DNA of 64,000 nucleotides from Malacoraja senta (lineage: Eukaryota). This document shows positions 61,561 through 64,000 of this stretch, one piece after another; position 1 is the stretch's first letter; each line of letters opens with the position of its first letter. The stretch covers positions 1 through 64,000 of the forward strand of contig JAXLNO010006061.1 in assembly GCA_038087875.1 (NCBI GenBank), written 5' to 3'. The position numbers and the translations under genes were made by a program. The notes beneath the pieces are model-generated. The model was not told where the DNA came from. It searched no databases and was given only the letters and a program-made list of their open reading frames with translations.

Positions 61561-62350
61561 TGGACTTTCTGATGGACCTCTTTTCCAGTGTCGACAAACA
61601 ATTGTACAAGTACAAATACTCAACTCCACTCTTCAAATTAGCAGCAAGCCAACTAGACTGAGATGCCACACACAGAGGGCCGACAACAATGAGTGGACTG
61701 ACCCTGTGACACTAATTTTGAAGAACAGCAGGCTTGGTCTTCTCAGTGTCCTGGCTACTGAGCAGTTTTGGAATAAACTGAAGATGTAAAAGTACAGAGA
61801 TATTTAGCATTGTGCCCTAGTTCTGGTTGCATCGTGGCCTGGTTCGGCAACTTGAACGTCCAGGAGCGAAAAAGACTACAAAAGTTGTGACTACTGCCCA
61901 GTTCATCGCCGGCTTTGACCGTTGAAGGGATCTATTGTAGTCGCTGCCTCAAAAAGGCAGCCAAAATCATCGAATACCCACACCATCCTGGCCACACACT
62001 CATCTCACCATTGCCATCAGGAAGCAGTTACAGGAGCCTGAAAACTGTAACGTCCAGGTACAGGAACAGCTACTTCCCTGCAGCCATCAGGCTATTAAAC
62101 ACAACGAATAAGCTCTGAGCTCTGAACTGCAAAAGATTATATTATTATTTGTTATTTGCACTATTTGTTATTTATTGATCTTTTTCTATTTTTCTCTTCC
62201 CCCGTTATGTACTATGTTTACATATTCACATATTCTGTTGTGCTGCAGCAAGCATGAAATGCATTGTCCTGTCTGGGGCATATGACAATAAAACACTCTT
62301 CACTCTTCTTGACCCTAGTCTAGGCCTCTTGGTTATCACTCACTCACACA
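61561..62350 (-). pseudogene. Decayed Ig C exon (IgNAR C4-like) disrupted by a Rex1 insertion
   Basis: Reconstructed pieces EA*T..AKYLC..VYS, TEKTK..QN, TGSVHSLLSALCV, LAANLKSGVEY.., LSTLEKRSIRKS align in order with remembered IgNAR C4 (EIWT..ATIVC..VYS, VERKK..QN, SGSKSTIVSKLKV, MASEWDSGTEY, LPTPVKASIRKA). Stops, frameshifts and no phase-1 GT donor. Confidence 0.55.
61822..62312 (+). mobile_element. Rex1-type LINE 3' fragment with 7-bp TSD
   Basis: ccctagt at 61815-61821 and 62313-62319; ORF 61915..62118 HPGHTLISPLPSG. Confidence 0.85.
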
Positions 62351-62443
62351 CTGCAACACCTGTCCTTCAGTGCTAAACTTGCCTGGCCCTATTTTGTGAC
62401 GGGGTAAAAGATGTGTTCATTAAAGTGAATCCCAGCACCGTAC

Positions 62444-62761
62444 CTTGAAAGCTTTTCACTTCCCGACTGATACTGGTGTTCGAGGGGGGATGAGACACTG
62501 TACAGCCGAAGACTGAGCCTTTCTTCCAATCCTCTGAACTCACAGTCAGGAAGTGGCAAGCACTGAAAGTCCCCCCCTGCTCCAGAGCAGTTGGTGTAGC
62601 GTTGGTGGTGGAGGAGATCGGGGCTCCGTCTTTCTCCCAAGTGACGTTTATGAGGTCCGGGTAGAAACCAGAGAGCACACATTCGAGGGTGGCTGTGTGG
62701 CTACGTGTGGTCTCTTGATGAGCTGGAGGCAGCAGGCTGACCTTGAGTCTTTTTGTTTCAA
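62444..62761 (-). CDS. Immunoglobulin heavy-chain constant (C1-set) exon, IgNAR C3-like / IgW-type, intact
   Basis: 318 nt with polypyrimidine acceptor ctttgctcctctgttccag and donor gtacgg, phase 1-1, no stops. xETKRLKVSLLPPAHQETTRSHTATLECVLSGFYPDLINVTWEKDG...PTALEQGGTFS...EDWKKGSVFGCTVSHPPSNTSISREVKSFQ has the canonical Cys/Trp/Cys. Confidence 0.9.
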
Positions 62762-62803
62762 CTGGAACAGAGGAGCAAAGTAGATGTGAGACCCTCTTCC
62801 TCA

Positions 62804-63472
62804 AGGGCCTGTCCCACTTACGCAACTATTTCAACGACTGCCAGCACCCGTCATTGGTCGTTACAGGTGGCCGAAAATGTTCAACATGTTGAAAATCCAG
62901 AACAAGGTACGACTCTTTTGGCAACTACTCACGACCATACAGGCTTCACATGTCGCCAGTATGGTCATGAGTAGTCTCCTCAGTCTCCCAAAGAGTCGTA
63001 GAGTCTTCTGGTCACCGTTGGATTTTCAACATGTTGAAAATTTTACCCGACTATGACGGGTGCCGGTAGTTGCAGAAAAAAATTTCGGAGCTCCCGCAAC
63101 GGCAACTTCTCCCGCCCGAGTTGCGGGGACTTGCTAGCGCCCGCCAAGGGCTCCAACATCAAGACCCGGAGCGCGGCCTTGCATCGCCCGGCGCGGCTTT
63201 AATGGCCGCGGGACTTACCATCGCCCGCTGGGGGCTTTGACTTTGACATCGGGAGGAGAATGAGGAGAGCAGGGGAGAGACAAGACTTTGCCTTCCATCA
63301 CAGTGAGGAGGAGATTCACTGTGATGGATGTTTGTGTGTAAATTGTGTTGTGTCTTGGTTCTTTGTACTTGTTTGCATGACTGCAGAAACCAAATTTTGT
63401 TTGAACTTAGGTTCAAATGACAACAAATAAATTGTATCATTGTATCAAAATTGCGGAATTGGGACAGGCTCT
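62804..63472. mobile_element. PIF/Harbinger-like MITE in the intron upstream of the Ig exon, with a nested LINE-tail fragment
   Basis: TIR agggcctgtcccactt / aattgggacaggctct; flanks tca and tta (TWA-like). Nested piece ~63135-63440. Confidence 0.6.
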
Positions 63473-63544
63473 TTATGGAAAGCCAGGGTAGAAATCCAAA
63501 CAGGTGTCTTATAAAAGAACTTTAAGATGTTTATGTCATCACAT

Positions 63545-63642
63545 AAAAGACTGATCAATGGCAGATCAAACTATACACTGGCTAGATTTATTGCAAAAGA
63601 CTGACCAATGGCAGATCAAACTATACACTGGCTAGATTATTG
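63545..63642 (+). repeat. 50-bp tandem duplication
   Basis: aaaagactga(t/c)caatggcagatcaaactatacactggctagatt twice. Confidence 0.85.
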
Positions 63643-63699
63643 AAAACAGAACAGCAGAAAAACTCGTGTTAAATAGCAGGTTGGGTGCTTTGACTGAAA

Positions 63700-63925
63700 A
63701 AAAACCAGAACAAAGGAGCCGTCAACAGGGATTTGACTCTCTTTCCCATCACCATGATCAGCTGGTACATTACAGGGGCACAATTTGATATGTGCTTTGC
63801 TTGGAACCCCTGCAGCATCGATTAGTAATACTGAGCAACATGAATGAGAAACGCTACTTTTCTCCTTGTAGGCCAAGCCTGGGATTCCCTCGGTTTAAGA
63901 ATGTCACATGCTGATATCGCAGTCT
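63700..63925 (-). pseudogene. Weak candidate decayed Ig C exon (IgNAR C2-like)
   Basis: ILKPRESQAW, then (frameshift) EKSS..CSVLLIDAAGV vs remembered IgNAR C2 DKSATLICEVLSTVSAGV, then TCATGGTGATGGGAAA resembling SW(M)VNGK. Confidence 0.3.
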
Positions 63926-64000
63926 TACTCGGACCATGTGTCTCACCATCTCTGAAACCTTTACCACAAACACAACCTTCTGTAAAGGTGTCATTCTTCC

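Noticed and set aside
63294-63326. RSS heptamers CACAGTG/CACTGTG near the Ig exon
   Set aside because: They form the stem of a hairpin in a LINE-tail fragment, with no nonamer at 12 or 23 spacing.

Overview
Eukaryotic (vertebrate) genomic DNA, almost certainly a cartilaginous fish (skate/ray/shark). This is inferred from the elasmobranch-type CR1 3' tails and an IgNAR/IgW-type constant exon. There are no prokaryotic operons, rRNA/tRNA genes or CRISPR arrays. Most of the window is nested retroelement debris. A minus-strand L1 (13608-45228) has been inflated to about 31.6 kb by CR1s, a hAT-like MITE, a Rex1 LINE, a second full-length L1 and an ERV provirus. Positions 1-11842 are a diverged duplicate of 17575-35446. 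The only recognisable host coding sequence is one intact Ig C1-set exon (62444-62761, minus strand, phase 1-1), most similar to shark IgNAR C3 or the homologous IgW domain. By-eye translation suggests further, heavily decayed Ig constant exons at 61.6-62.4 kb, 63.7-63.9 kb, 59.3-59.6 kb and 11.9-12.8 kb, which may be two dying Ig heavy-chain clusters. Other points of interest: a dispersed ~100-bp mobile repeat carrying a minimal hammerhead-ribozyme motif, a hAT-like MITE family with 5-bp TSDs, and an ERV with near-identical LTRs around a heavily mutated, C-depleted interior. All homology calls are from motif recognition and remembered family sequences. No searches were run. Coordinates are hand-counted, and some ends are approximate.
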